Source: Spirochaetia bacterium (GTDB lineage: Bacteria > Spirochaetota > Spirochaetia > WTKD01 > G963693115). Taken from it: a stretch of 64,000 bases of DNA. This document shows, piece after piece, positions 1 to 9,980 of this stretch (position 1 is the first letter of the stretch; each line of letters starts with the position of its first letter). The stretch lies in contig CBDAKK010000008.1 of NCBI GenBank assembly GCA_965196605.1, forward strand, positions 539,257 to 603,256. The letters run 5' to 3'. The position numbers and the translations under genes are program-made. Under the pieces are notes generated by a model. The model had not been told where the DNA came from. It searched no databases and saw nothing but the letters and a program-made list of their open reading frames with translations.

Positions 1-6
1 GCGCCC

Positions 7-633
7 TTGTGTAATGTGTTTCTCGATACGGTGCCTTATTGGCTGGTGCTCCAAGCACCCGTGTCAATGGAAACATTGCTCGGTTACCCTGACTCTGGCT
101 ATGCGTGGTTTCCAAAACAGGACGACGGCTTTGGCAAGGACCCTACTATGTTGTGGTATGACTTAGAAGATTATGATCTCAATGACCTTGTCGAAGCAGC
201 ACTGTTAGTAGAAGCAACCTTACGTGATAGAGACGTGTTCTCAGAGCAGGTGGCGCTTGCGGGTTTTAGCCAAGGCGGCATGATAGCGACCGAAGTTGCC
301 CTACAGCGCGCGCGCGCATTGAGTGAAAATGACGGAACAACGCATAATTACGCTGCCTTGCTTTTGTTTTCCTCCGCGTTTCTTGCACGAAAGCGGCGTA
401 CTGAGTTGGTACAAGCAGCAGCTGCTTCAAACAAGGCTTCTTTTCCGCCGGTTATGACTGCGCATGGAAAAAACGACGAGGTGCTACTTTACAAGCAGGG
501 CTTAGCACTCCATGAATTTTGGAAGACCTACGCGCCGCATGCTGAATTTTGCTCATTTGACGGCGGACATGAAGTAAGCGATAAAGTATGCGAACAGGCA
601 GCGGCGTTTTTAGATACATCTCTTAATACGTAA
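7..633 (+). CDS. alpha/beta hydrolase, phospholipase/carboxylesterase family; the N-terminus may be cut off by the window edge
   Basis: GxSxG nucleophile motif GFSQGG, followed by HGxxDxxV and a C-terminal GGHEV, as expected for this serine hydrolase family. Confidence 0.6.
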   Translation: MCNVFLDTVPYWLVLQAPVSMETLLGYPDSGYAWFPKQDDGFGKDPTMLWYDLEDYDLNDLVEAALLVEATLRDRDVFSEQVALAGFSQGGMIATEVALQRARALSENDGTTHNYAALLLFSSAFLARKRRTELVQAAAASNKASFPPVMTAHGKNDEVLLYKQGLALHEFWKTYAPHAEFCSFDGGHEVSDKVCEQAAAFLDTSLNT

Positions 634-1735
634 GGCGTGCACTACATGTGTGGGAACCTAACGCTGCATCAATGCGCGTGAGTTTTTCTTGTAAGCCATT
701 GGGAAATTGCACCTCATTCCACAGTGTTTCGCAAATGCTTGCAGTATCATGCCAATTTCCTTTAACAAGCCAATCTACTAAAGGCGTGGGGTCATGAGGA
801 AACACTATGGGCCGAGCATTGGGTGATTCAAGCCATTCTTCAATTTTTTCAGTGTTCAAAGTATTCATACTGTGGCATAGTTCAAACTGCGATAGGATAA
901 ACGCATTTGTCAATTGCTCCCATTGTCCGAGCAGCGGCTTTATGAGCATTTTTTTTCCTAATTGCAAGCATTCACTCGCCAAATAAAAGCCGCCATTAGC
1001 AATTACACCTACACATTTTTGTAAACTTTGTTTAAACTTGGTTCTTGAGACTTCATGCCATTGTATATGACCATCTTCTCTTTCTTCTCTAATATCTGGA
1101 TGATAACAGAGAAAATTTACACCCTTGAGCGGCTTCAAGGTTGCCTCAATATCCTCAAGATTCTCAAATGGCAAATATACAAGATAGCACTCATGCGCAT
1201 TATTGTTTTGTGTTTCAGGGCGTTCTTCGACAAAAGGAGGCAAGATGTTTTTTGCGCCAAAATGATGCCAAAATACTCCAAGCTGTACATTGGCGGGGGC
1301 AAGGTGCTTAGTTATCAACTTATCTATAAACGGGTATCCTTTTCCAGTCTTTGGTACTTCATCATGAAAGTATGACAAAAGGTGGCTCATAGAAATTGAC
1401 GGCTTTTTTTGCAATTTTGCAGACCACGCTGAAATAGGCTCGCCATCACTAATAACCACATCGTAACGCGACACATCAATAGTCCGTATGTCTTTGTAAA
1501 ATGTTAAGGGCTTCAGGGCCATTATGGTTTTCCAGTGGCATTTGCATCCTTTATGATAAATAAAACTGATTCCATCTTTCGTTTGATAATTACCAAAAAG
1601 GTCCATATCAAAATATTTATCTCTTTCACGACCGCTAAAAATGTAGTCAATTTCTATGTCGTCTCTCTTTGCAAGAGTACAAGCGCGACTAATATGACCA
1701 TTCCCCGTAGCGTGAGCACCATAGAGTATTCTCAT
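623..1735 (-). CDS. putative GT-B fold glycosyltransferase (MJ1255/UDP-glycosyltransferase-like)
   Basis: 370-aa ORF with the N-terminal glycine-rich motif YGAHATGNGHISRA typical of GT-B nucleotide-sugar transferases. No closer assignment is possible. Confidence 0.4.
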   Translation of the reverse strand: MRILYGAHATGNGHISRACTLAKRDDIEIDYIFSGRERDKYFDMDLFGNYQTKDGISFIYHKGCKCHWKTIMALKPLTFYKDIRTIDVSRYDVVISDGEPISAWSAKLQKKPSISMSHLLSYFHDEVPKTGKGYPFIDKLITKHLAPANVQLGVFWHHFGAKNILPPFVEERPETQNNNAHECYLVYLPFENLEDIEATLKPLKGVNFLCYHPDIREEREDGHIQWHEVSRTKFKQSLQKCVGVIANGGFYLASECLQLGKKMLIKPLLGQWEQLTNAFILSQFELCHSMNTLNTEKIEEWLESPNARPIVFPHDPTPLVDWLVKGNWHDTASICETLWNEVQFPNGLQEKLTRIDAALGSHTCSARLTY

Positions 1736-2061
1736 AATAATTCCTTAGTGAGACCTTAGGAAATACCTTATAAGAATTCAATATTAAAACAAACATACTT
1801 ACATAAACATCATGGTACATACATAGAAATGCCAAAATGTCATAAAAAGAGTCGCATATATTATGAGTGCTAAATGCTCATAGCTCTTACATTCGATGAA
1901 AATCTATTTTCAATTTCAGTTTTCTTAAGCACTGTGCCTCATATAATAATAATTAAGGAGGCAATACTGTTAATGATAATAATGTATTATAGTATTACTG
2001 TTACAAATTATATCTAACATTTTATAGTTCATTGTCATAAATATAATGAACACTAATTTCT

Positions 2062-3471
2062 TTGGAGGAAAGCATGGAACTACTCAATTCTTTGGTAAAT
2101 ACCATGAACACGGTATTGTGGTCATATATTCTCATTTTTATGCTTATTGGATTAGGGCTTTATTTTACACTTAAGTCTAAGTTCGTTCAATTTAGGCTTT
2201 CAGGCGAGATGCTGCGATTGCTGGGCGAGAACACAACTCGTAGTGCTGCAAAAAATCAGATATCGCCATTTCAAGCATTCTGCATTAGCGCAGCATCTCG
2301 CATTGGGACTGGCAACCTTGCGGGTGTAGCAATTGCAATTGCCGTAGGCGGGCCAGGCGCTGTTTTTTGGATGTGGCTCATTGCCCTTATCGGCGCGGCT
2401 TCCGCATTTATAGAAAGCACGCTAGCTCAGGTATATAAGGTAAAAGACCCCGAGGGTTTTAGAGGCGGACCCGCGTATTACATGGAGAAGGCATTGAATG
2501 CGCGATGGATGGGCATAATCTTTGCCATACTCATTACGCTCTGCTTTGGCCTCGCTTTTAATTCCATTCAATCAAACACCATCAGCTTTGCATTTGAAGA
2601 AGCCTTTAACATTAACAGGCTAACCATAGGTATTATTATAGCGGTGCTTACCGCACTTATCATTTTTGGTGGCGTAAAGCGCATCGCCTATGTGTCATCG
2701 ATTATTGTGCCCATCATGGCACTCATATACATACTCGTAGCACTTGTCATCATCATCATAAACATAGCAGCAGTACCATCGGTTATTGCACTCATTTTCA
2801 AAAGCGCCTTTGGAATAGAACAAGCCATAGGCGGTGGCATTGGCGTTGCCATGCTACAAGGCATGAAGCGCGGCTTGTTTTCAAACGAAGCAGGTATGGG
2901 TAGTGCTCCTAATGCCGCAGCAATCGCTACCACGTCGCACCCCGTCAAGCAAGGTCTTATTCAAGCGCTTGGCGTATTTGTTGACACCCTGCTCATTTGT
3001 AGTGCGACGGCATTTGTAATTCTCATTAGTGGTGTGTACACCAATGCTGATTTAAGCGGCATACAACTTACCCAAAACGCGATAAGCTCATACGTGGGCT
3101 CATGGGGGACCATGTTTGTCGCAGTGTGTATCTTCCTCTTTGCCTTTAGCTCGATTATCGGTAACTACTACTATGGAGAAACAAACATCGAGTTTATCAA
3201 AAAAAGCGCGATAGGACTCTTTATTTACAGAATTGCCGTAATTGCAATGGTGCTCTTTGGCTCAGTACAAAGCTTGAGTACGGTGTGGAACTTAGGTGAC
3301 TTGTTTATGGGACTTATGGCAATTGTCAACCTCATTGCTATTACCCTACTTGCAGATGTAGCATTTTCAGCATTGAAGAATTACCTACAACAAAAGCGCG
3401 AAGGTAAAGAACCCACTTTTAGGAGTAGCAGTATTGACACTCCACAAGGCATTGAATGTTGGGACGAATGA
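2062..3471 (+). CDS. agcS: sodium:alanine (or glycine) symporter, AGCS family
   Basis: 469-aa polytopic membrane protein carrying the AGCS signature GTGNLAGVAIAIAVGGPGAVFWMW. A GGAGG RBS lies 8 nt upstream. Confidence 0.85.
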   Translation: MEESMELLNSLVNTMNTVLWSYILIFMLIGLGLYFTLKSKFVQFRLSGEMLRLLGENTTRSAAKNQISPFQAFCISAASRIGTGNLAGVAIAIAVGGPGAVFWMWLIALIGAASAFIESTLAQVYKVKDPEGFRGGPAYYMEKALNARWMGIIFAILITLCFGLAFNSIQSNTISFAFEEAFNINRLTIGIIIAVLTALIIFGGVKRIAYVSSIIVPIMALIYILVALVIIIINIAAVPSVIALIFKSAFGIEQAIGGGIGVAMLQGMKRGLFSNEAGMGSAPNAAAIATTSHPVKQGLIQALGVFVDTLLICSATAFVILISGVYTNADLSGIQLTQNAISSYVGSWGTMFVAVCIFLFAFSSIIGNYYYGETNIEFIKKSAIGLFIYRIAVIAMVLFGSVQSLSTVWNLGDLFMGLMAIVNLIAITLLADVAFSALKNYLQQKREGKEPTFRSSSIDTPQGIECWDE

Positions 3472-3749
3472 TGGAAGATAGCATGAATAAAGAATTAAAT
3501 ACTATAAGCGTTGAAAATATTTCAGCGAAAAGTAGATTGGTAGCCTTATTATTATGTATATTTTTTTCTTGGCTCGGTGTGCATAGATTTTATGTCGGCA
3601 AAATAGGTTCTGGTATTGCAATGATACTCATAGGATGGCTTACTTTTGGCATTTGGCATCTCATTCATTTGGTTGTTCTCCTTACGGGCAATTTTAAAGA
3701 CAATGAAGGCAAGGTAGTAAGAAAATGGATAGACGACTCTAGTCTATAA
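3456..3749 (+). CDS. TM2 domain-containing small membrane protein
   Basis: 97 aa with two TM helices and the TM2-like motif FFSWLGVHRFYVGKIGSGI. It overlaps the stop of agcS. Confidence 0.55.
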   Translation: MLGRMMEDSMNKELNTISVENISAKSRLVALLLCIFFSWLGVHRFYVGKIGSGIAMILIGWLTFGIWHLIHLVVLLTGNFKDNEGKVVRKWIDDSSL

Positions 3750-3821
3750 ATAAAATTTCTATGCAAGTGTTATGAAAAAATTCATCATTGCCCATCATTA
3801 CCTTAGACGAATAAAAACGTG

Positions 3822-3858
3822 CTCTTCAAAGCCTCATGTATTACGCACATGGGGCTTT
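3822..3858 (+). terminator. rho-independent terminator-like hairpin followed by a T-run
   Basis: Imperfect inverted repeat gcctcatgt-N7-acatggggc followed by ttttatt, downstream of the TM2 gene. Confidence 0.45.
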
Positions 3859-4053
3859 TTATTACTTACTCTCCACGCTTCTTTTTTTTGCGTAGCGTGG
3901 CAGTATGCGCGTCTATCGTGTACTGATGTGTGTCACCCTAAGCCCACATGAGCCTTCGCTAACTTCTACATGCATTTTCCCAAAAAGTACAGGGCTATAC
4001 ATTACCTGCGAATGTGTGTTTTGCGTTTGTGTGTTTTTTGCAAGGGCTGAGAT

Positions 4054-4896
4054 TCAGCGCACAGTCTGTGCCGAACACCCCAAGACTTTTTTATATATAT
4101 GATTCGCATGTCCCGAACTCTGCCTATAATCACACAACTCCTGAGGCACTTCATCAAAAGTAAGATTCAAGGGCCTCATGCCACTATCTATAAGCACCCT
4201 ATCATCAAAGACAAAGCATGCGCCTTGCCACAAACTTTCGCCTTCGGGCATGCGGTTAAAATACTCCAATATACCCCCACGCAGTTGGTAGACCTTGGCA
4301 AAATTTTGAGCCATTAAAAATGCGGAAGCCTTTTCGCATCTAATGCCACCCGTGCAATACATGGCTATGGCTTTGTAACCAACGTGCTTGTCAGCAAAAT
4401 GCTGTGCTACAAAGTTTGGAAATTCTTTGAATACCTTTGTCTCGGGGTTTACTGCATTGCGGAAATGTCCGAGGCAATACTCATACGTATTGCGTGTGTC
4501 TATGACAAGCGTAGCCTCATCGCGTAGCAGTTCGTTCCATTCCCACGGGTCTACATGGTCACCTATGGCACACGAAGCATCACCGGGGTTAAGGTCGGGC
4601 ATGCCTAAGGCAACTACTTCATCCTTTACGCGCACCTTAAACTTGCGGAAAGGCAATTTCTCATTTTCGGTAAAACGCGTAACAAAAGGGTTAAAAGAAC
4701 TCTTGAGTTCGCTTTGCAAAAAGTCCATAAAAGCTGTGACTACTTCATCACTTCCACAAATGGAAACATTGACCCCCTCAGGTGCAATGAGCACCGTGCC
4801 CCGCACCCCCAGCGCTGCACCCACAAGGCGCACTTTATTGCATAAAGCCTCACAATTTGTAATAGGAAGAAAGGCGTAAAAATTTTGTAACTGCAT
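4054..4896 (-). CDS. trhO: rhodanese-domain tRNA U34 hydroxylase TrhO (YceA/UPF0176 family)
   Basis: Conserved MYCTGGIRCEKASAFL and GGILEYF motifs, with the family's N-terminal domain organisation. Confidence 0.75.
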   Translation of the reverse strand: MQLQNFYAFLPITNCEALCNKVRLVGAALGVRGTVLIAPEGVNVSICGSDEVVTAFMDFLQSELKSSFNPFVTRFTENEKLPFRKFKVRVKDEVVALGMPDLNPGDASCAIGDHVDPWEWNELLRDEATLVIDTRNTYEYCLGHFRNAVNPETKVFKEFPNFVAQHFADKHVGYKAIAMYCTGGIRCEKASAFLMAQNFAKVYQLRGGILEYFNRMPEGESLWQGACFVFDDRVLIDSGMRPLNLTFDEVPQELCDYRQSSGHANHIYKKVLGCSAQTVR

Positions 4897-4929
4897 ATTT
4901 TATACTATAAAATAAAAAGAAATTTTCTT

Positions 4930-6234
4930 ATGTATAAATACCGTAATTTTATAATTATAAGCCTTCTCTCTTGTGTGCTTGCTCTGCAGCCTCAGCGTGC
5001 ACATGCGCAGCCTCATGCCAACGGCGTGCTTGTCATAGACATGCCCGCTACCGTCAACACACAAGACAGCTACGTGTTAGAGCTACGCTACACATACAAA
5101 ACGCCCTTAGAAGCTATTCCCACGCTTCGCTTTGCCCAGTACAGTGCCACGCAGCTTCACATGCTACCAAATCTATTTTCACTTGATGTAAAAACCACAA
5201 GGCGTGAATATTCATACACGGTGCTTATGCAGAAGGGCACGCATTCACTCTACCTCTACCCACATATGCTCGAAGGAGATGTTGTGTCGCTGACGCTGGA
5301 AGTACCACAAGCCTTGCTCGACATTTTTGGTAGTATACAAAACACTATAGAAGTGCAAATATACGCGCGCGGTGTTGAAACCATGCGCAAGCTGTGGTCA
5401 CACGCCTTGCCGCTTTCTGTAGAAGACATGCTTTTTTGGAAGAGCTCTCTGCATACCGACATAGGCAATGGAGACGGTGACGTGTTTCGGTGGAGCGCGT
5501 ACCCGTCTGCAGTAGTGCTTGTCTTTAAGTCAAATGCCGTGCAAGCACAGTACTTAAAAAGACTTGCCTTTTTTGTAGAAAAAAAAGGCACAAGAGGTAG
5601 CTTGCTCACCCAAGCGGCATTACAAGCGCGCAAGGGCTGGGGTGCGCATGACTACAAGGCGGATGACCTCGCGCGGTTTTTTGAAGCAGCACGTTTGCAA
5701 AACGTAACACTTACCCTTAAGGAATATGCGCTCAAAAAACTCTTGCTCGACCTCGGCATTTTGCAATATAAAGAGCCGCGCTCGGCAGAAACTGATATTG
5801 CACGCAGCGCCGTGACCCACGCAGTAGGCACCATATCTACCATATCGCGTAGTTATTCTCAGGCATTGCAAAAAACCTTGCTCACACATGAGTTGCTACA
5901 CGCGTGGTTTTTCACAGACGCGCGCCTACGCGATGTGGTGAACGAGCAGTGGGTGCAAAGCTCCCCCGCGCTGAAAAAAGCTTGGAAAGCTTTTCTTGCG
6001 CGTAAGGGGTATGACTCCAACTTTGAGTATTTAGTACAAAATGAGTTTTTTGCCTACTTGCTACAAAACTCTAAAGACAGCTTAGCGCGCTCTGTAAACT
6101 CATGGTTTGCCTATGCAAAAGTAGAAACACGGCGTGCTTTTTTGCAAGAAATGACAAGTGTTGCGGAAAAATTGGAAGCATACGTGCGCCAAGTATATAA
6201 TGCACAAGCGGGCTTTCTACAGTACCGCTTTTAG
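4930..6234 (+). CDS. hypothetical secreted protein
   Basis: 434-aa ORF with an N-terminal signal peptide (LLSCVLALQPQRAHA). I recognise no domain. Confidence 0.5.
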   Translation: MYKYRNFIIISLLSCVLALQPQRAHAQPHANGVLVIDMPATVNTQDSYVLELRYTYKTPLEAIPTLRFAQYSATQLHMLPNLFSLDVKTTRREYSYTVLMQKGTHSLYLYPHMLEGDVVSLTLEVPQALLDIFGSIQNTIEVQIYARGVETMRKLWSHALPLSVEDMLFWKSSLHTDIGNGDGDVFRWSAYPSAVVLVFKSNAVQAQYLKRLAFFVEKKGTRGSLLTQAALQARKGWGAHDYKADDLARFFEAARLQNVTLTLKEYALKKLLLDLGILQYKEPRSAETDIARSAVTHAVGTISTISRSYSQALQKTLLTHELLHAWFFTDARLRDVVNEQWVQSSPALKKAWKAFLARKGYDSNFEYLVQNEFFAYLLQNSKDSLARSVNSWFAYAKVETRRAFLQEMTSVAEKLEAYVRQVYNAQAGFLQYRF

Positions 6235-6441
6235 CGTGAATTGGAGTCTAGGTACGTGGAACTCCTAAATTTATGTGTTAGCAGATGGTGTGATTCTATA
6301 AAATTATAAAAATAATTAAACACTTTTTATAGACCTGCCGATACAAATATATACTTAGGTACATTAGAATGTATGTTGATGACATTATGTGCTTATTTGT
6401 TTACGCTAATAAATAAGTAGACATACAGAGTTAGGGATAAC

Positions 6442-7380
6442 GTGAATATAGAGAAGTCAGAAAAAAATAAATTATTCACTCTTATGGTCGTGCCTCACAA
6501 TGGTAAAAAAATACTTTCTTTGGAAGTTAGTATTTTTTTTATGGCTATGATTGGGTTTTTGCTCTGCCTCACGCTATTTTCCGCATTGTTTTTTTCGTAT
6601 AAGCACATAACAAACCAAGCAAGCGTCTTGCAAAGCACTGCGCAACTCAGCAGTGAAAAAGAAAAAAGTAAGAAACTTGCAAGTGATATTCAGAAGGTTT
6701 CTCAATTAAATAATACGTTTAGCGCTGAATTAGAAAAGACCAATGGCATTTTGAATAACCCTCCCAGTAACACAAGCATATCATCAGAACAAGCTGGCGA
6801 TTTTTCACAGGCATTGTACCTAGACGTAGCAGAGCAAGAAGACGATGCTATTAAAACCATTGCGAGCCTTACAGAAACGCTTAATAAAAACATTCCCTTG
6901 CTAGCAAATGTAAACAAGGCTTTGGAAACGCACACAAGTCTTATGAAGGAACTCCCTGTATATTGGCCTGTCCCTAATTCTGTAATTAGCGCAGAATGGG
7001 GGGCCAACATACACCCTGTTTACGGGAGTTGGTACATTCACAAAGGGCTTGACTTTGCAGCGGTAACAGGCACCCCCGTGTATGCCGCCGCCGAGGGCGT
7101 TGTTACTGAGACGGGCTACGACAGAGGGCATGGGCTTAATGTATATGTTTCGCACAAATACGGGTTTAAAACCCACTATTCACACTTAAGCGTCATAAAG
7201 GTTACTAAAGGTCAAGAAGTAAAACAAGGCCAACGTCTTGGCAATGTTGGGGCTACCGGCTTGGTTACTGGTCCACATCTCCACCTTGAGGTATATCTTG
7301 GTGAAGAAATCATAGACCCCGGTGTGTACATGAAGCTTTTACATTCTAAAAGATATGCGCAAGTAATGCGCATTCGTTAA
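6442..7380 (+). CDS. M23 family (LytM-type) metallopeptidase with an N-terminal membrane anchor and coiled coil
   Basis: HKGLDFAAVTGTPVYAAAEGVV, NVYVSHKYGFKTHYSHL and GATGLVTGPHLHLEV match the HxxxD/HxH M23 motifs. Confidence 0.8.
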   Translation: MNIEKSEKNKLFTLMVVPHNGKKILSLEVSIFFMAMIGFLLCLTLFSALFFSYKHITNQASVLQSTAQLSSEKEKSKKLASDIQKVSQLNNTFSAELEKTNGILNNPPSNTSISSEQAGDFSQALYLDVAEQEDDAIKTIASLTETLNKNIPLLANVNKALETHTSLMKELPVYWPVPNSVISAEWGANIHPVYGSWYIHKGLDFAAVTGTPVYAAAEGVVTETGYDRGHGLNVYVSHKYGFKTHYSHLSVIKVTKGQEVKQGQRLGNVGATGLVTGPHLHLEVYLGEEIIDPGVYMKLLHSKRYAQVMRIR

Positions 7381-7424
7381 AATGCTCAATTCACTTCATT
7401 TACCACAAGGCTTACAATAAGAGT

Positions 7425-7880
7425 ATGGCAAAAACAACTATTATAAACTCTGTCATTGGGGAAGGAACCTTTTATAACGGAAGTATAGATGCGGTAGATA
7501 TTCTGCGCATCGATGGAAATTTTGCAGGCACTGCGCATAGCAGAGACGTTATAGTCATAGGCATACACGGAAAAGTCAAAGGGACATTATCAGCACCTCG
7601 AATAATAGTAACAGGGGTCATAGATGGCGTTGTGCAAAATACATCCTTGGTTATCTTGCAAGCTACAAGCATCGTATTAGGTCGCATAGAAGCATCAAAC
7701 ATCATAATAGAATCAAGTGCACTCATAAGTGCCAACCTCCAGTCTGCGCATGTGAGCTACGTTGAAACCGATGCTCTGGAAAATGAAGAGACTCATAACG
7801 CTGCCGCATTTCAAAAACCCTTGATAAGAATAGTAGAGCGTTTTTCAGGCAAGACACTTGCAAACATGTTCTCTGAATAA
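7425..7880 (+). CDS. bactofilin (CcmA-like polymer-forming cytoskeletal protein)
   Basis: 151 aa with a beta-helical repeat pattern (IIVIGIHGKVKGTLSAPRIIVTGVIDGVV) typical of the bactofilin DUF583 domain. Confidence 0.75.
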   Translation: MAKTTIINSVIGEGTFYNGSIDAVDILRIDGNFAGTAHSRDVIVIGIHGKVKGTLSAPRIIVTGVIDGVVQNTSLVILQATSIVLGRIEASNIIIESSALISANLQSAHVSYVETDALENEETHNAAAFQKPLIRIVERFSGKTLANMFSE

Positions 7881-7894
7881 GTAAATACGCACCA

Positions 7895-8440
7895 ATGGAC
7901 CGCATACGAGATAAGCGTTCTTCGAGCTTGTGGAGTAAGAGTACGGGCTCAAACGCAAAAAAGGCGCAGCATGCCGAAACCACTCAAGGCGGCACGGCTA
8001 CAAAAAAAACCTCATCGTTTTCAGAACGCTTACAAGTAGAGTTACAGCCCCAACAAGCAGAAGGCGTTTCTATACTCCTTGCAGATGGCAGTTTTGACAC
8101 CGCAGCCCTACAAGAGTTGCAGGACACCATACATCAAGTTGGTGATAAACTAGTACAAAACCCGCGCATAGACACGGCTATGGAATACAAAAAAGCGGTG
8201 CAACAACTGCTACAGTCAATAGTACCGCATCTCCACAACAAACAGACACACACCATAAAAAAGGGGACCATGACTGCCAATGGACCCGACTTTACGGAAT
8301 ATAAATTTACCATTGTTACCAAAATAAACAAGAAGCTAGACGACGTGCTTAAGCTCATACTCGGAACGCAAACTGACCAAATGAAACTTATGGAGTCCTT
8401 AGACGAAATAAAAGGCCTTGTCGTAGATTTACTTCAATAG
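7895..8440 (+). CDS. hypothetical protein, possibly DUF327/YaaR-like. It sits in the same operon as the M23 peptidase and bactofilin
   Basis: 181-aa hydrophilic ORF following bactofilin with a 14-nt gap. No firm domain call. Confidence 0.45.
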   Translation: MDRIRDKRSSSLWSKSTGSNAKKAQHAETTQGGTATKKTSSFSERLQVELQPQQAEGVSILLADGSFDTAALQELQDTIHQVGDKLVQNPRIDTAMEYKKAVQQLLQSIVPHLHNKQTHTIKKGTMTANGPDFTEYKFTIVTKINKKLDDVLKLILGTQTDQMKLMESLDEIKGLVVDLLQ

Positions 8441-8454
8441 GCTTTGGTGCATGC

Positions 8455-9330
8455 TTGCCTTTGTGGGGGGTGTATACCCCCACGCCCCCCGTGGGTAAGA
8501 TGCGCATTTGCGCTACGCGCGCGAGGCTGCACGCCGTGTGTGTTCTGCTTGCGCCGTTTTTTATGAACGCTTCTGCGGCTAAGACGCTAGCGTGCTACCA
8601 GCGGTATTGTATGAACGTCTCTTGTTGCCACGACGTAGGATGCACTATGAAAACATTTCGGACGGCTGTACTTTCTTTTTTCTTTTTTCAAAATAACGCG
8701 AGCAGAGCGAGCGGGCGCCACTGCTAGATAGTGGAGCGTTAGCGAAACATGAAATAGAGCAAGCGACAACAAGAAAGGTACCAAAGAAAAAAAGAAAAAG
8801 GAGCCTGCGGCTACAGCCGCAGGAACAGTGTTACGCTGCACGCAACATATGAAAACTATACACAAATAAGTTTGTGTGAATGGCCTTCCCCCCGGCGCTC
8901 AATGCGTCCCATCCATGGGGCGGCTGTGATGACGCTCACAAGCGTAGCGAGGGGATGCAAACTATTGCATAAGCGCCGCTGTGCGGTGCAAAGATGGAAC
9001 TTGCATCAAAAGAGTCGAGAGCCGAAGGCGACAGCCGTAGCAGGGATGCTACGTATTGGCTGCCATGGATGGTACGGGTGCAAACTACTGCATAAGTGCC
9101 GCGATGCGGCACAAACATGGAACTTGCACCAAAGTCGGGAGCGCTGACAAGCGCGATCGGCTAGAAACAATTAAAATAAGTGTCGCGCAGCGACACAGAC
9201 ATGGAGCTTATAGCAAACTCGCTAGTCTTATGAGATATGACACGGACAACGCGCTTACGCGCGATTATTTTATTTATATCCGTAAGTACCTTGAGGTGCT
9301 ACACACAAGTGGCGCAGATTTGCTTCAGAT
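8455..9330. repeat. composite intergenic repeat cluster 1. Contains the G-rich palindrome module, the 'cacgccgtgtgtgt...cgcgcgtagcgc' module and about three reverse-orientation copies of the ~98-bp 'gcaaactattgcataagcgccgc' unit
   Basis: These modules recur at 17270-17840, 40064-41230, 43300-44110 and 46460-47300 (see findings). The ORFs within are artefacts of the repeats. Confidence 0.8.
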
Positions 9331-9334
9331 GTGG

Positions 9335-9465
9335 GGCTACGCCATAGGGAGCAAGACACGAGTATAGGAAGCTACGCGGGTGAGGCTACGCCATAGGAAC
9401 TAAGATACTGAGTTTAGGAAGCTATGCGGGCGAGGCTACCGCCATAGGGGGTAAGAGACAAGCGC
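9335..9465. repeat. tandem repeat, about 2.7 copies of a ~49-bp unit (ggctacgccataggga.caagacacgagtataggaagctacgcgggtga)
   Basis: Direct reading: copy 1 at 9335-9383, copy 2 at 9384-9433 and a partial copy 3. Confidence 0.8.
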
Positions 9466-9640
9466 AAATTGTAAAAAAGACACCAATGACGAGCGCGCGG
9501 TGCTGGGAAGCTGGCGTGTAGGCACACAAGCTTATATACATGCGTGTTTCTGCACGGGTGGCTTTGCGCTGTGTGCTTTGGTACTCATGGGTGAGGTGTT
9601 GGTGTATGGTGTGTTTGAGTTTGCAGAGCAAAAACGAGAA
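9445..9640. repeat. left copy of a ~190-bp direct repeat flanking the two-lipoprotein cassette (partner at 12525..12740)
   Basis: Shared blocks acaagcgcaaattgt..caccaatgacgag...ggctttgcgctgtgtgctt..., about 70-75% identity with the partner. Confidence 0.7.
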
Positions 9641-9660
9641 AGGTAAAAAATGATTTTTTC

Positions 9661-9689
9661 TTGCAAACTTCCTTTTAGTGAGGTATAAT
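9661..9689 (+). promoter_or_regulatory. consensus sigma70-type promoter, TTGCAA-N17-TATAAT
   Basis: ttgcaa at 9661-9666, an exact 17-nt spacer and tataat at 9684-9689, upstream of a small ORF and the lipoprotein gene at 9981. Confidence 0.6.
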
Positions 9690-9980
9690 TTAATTGCATA
9701 ATTGTTTCATAAATCTTTCATTTTTGGCATAGAGGTAGATATGAATGCTCATAAAAGAAGGGTATTGTTCATTTTCTTTTTTACTCTTACACTCGCTGCA
9801 ACTACATTCTTGTACACAAAAGAGGGCGCGTGCCTACAAGGCCGCGTAGAAGCGCGTACACATGTGCGCATAACCATAACAAATACAGGAGGTGTGGCGT
9901 AGATAAGTCTTGCATATTTTTTCTCAGGTCTGCGTTTTTATGGCGCATAAAACAAAGCGTGAGTTTTATAAGGAGTTATC

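Noticed and set aside
1736-2061. Glycine riboswitch in the 325-nt AT-rich leader of the Na+:alanine symporter gene
   Set aside because: Glycine riboswitches are often upstream of agcS-type genes. However, the conserved ACCGAAGGGGCAA / CUCUGGAGAG cores are absent from this leader.
8872-9367. ORFs 8872..9147, 9056..9367, 8455..8727, 40172..40536, 43803..44108, 46525..46931 and 46940..47353 in the six-frame track
   Set aside because: All lie wholly inside repeat-family DNA. Their shared peptides (VARGCKLLHKRRCAVQ, ANYCISAAMRHKHGTCTK) are by-products of the nucleotide repeats occurring in both orientations, and they have no RBS or start context. A coding role for the ~98-bp unit cannot be fully excluded (see findings).
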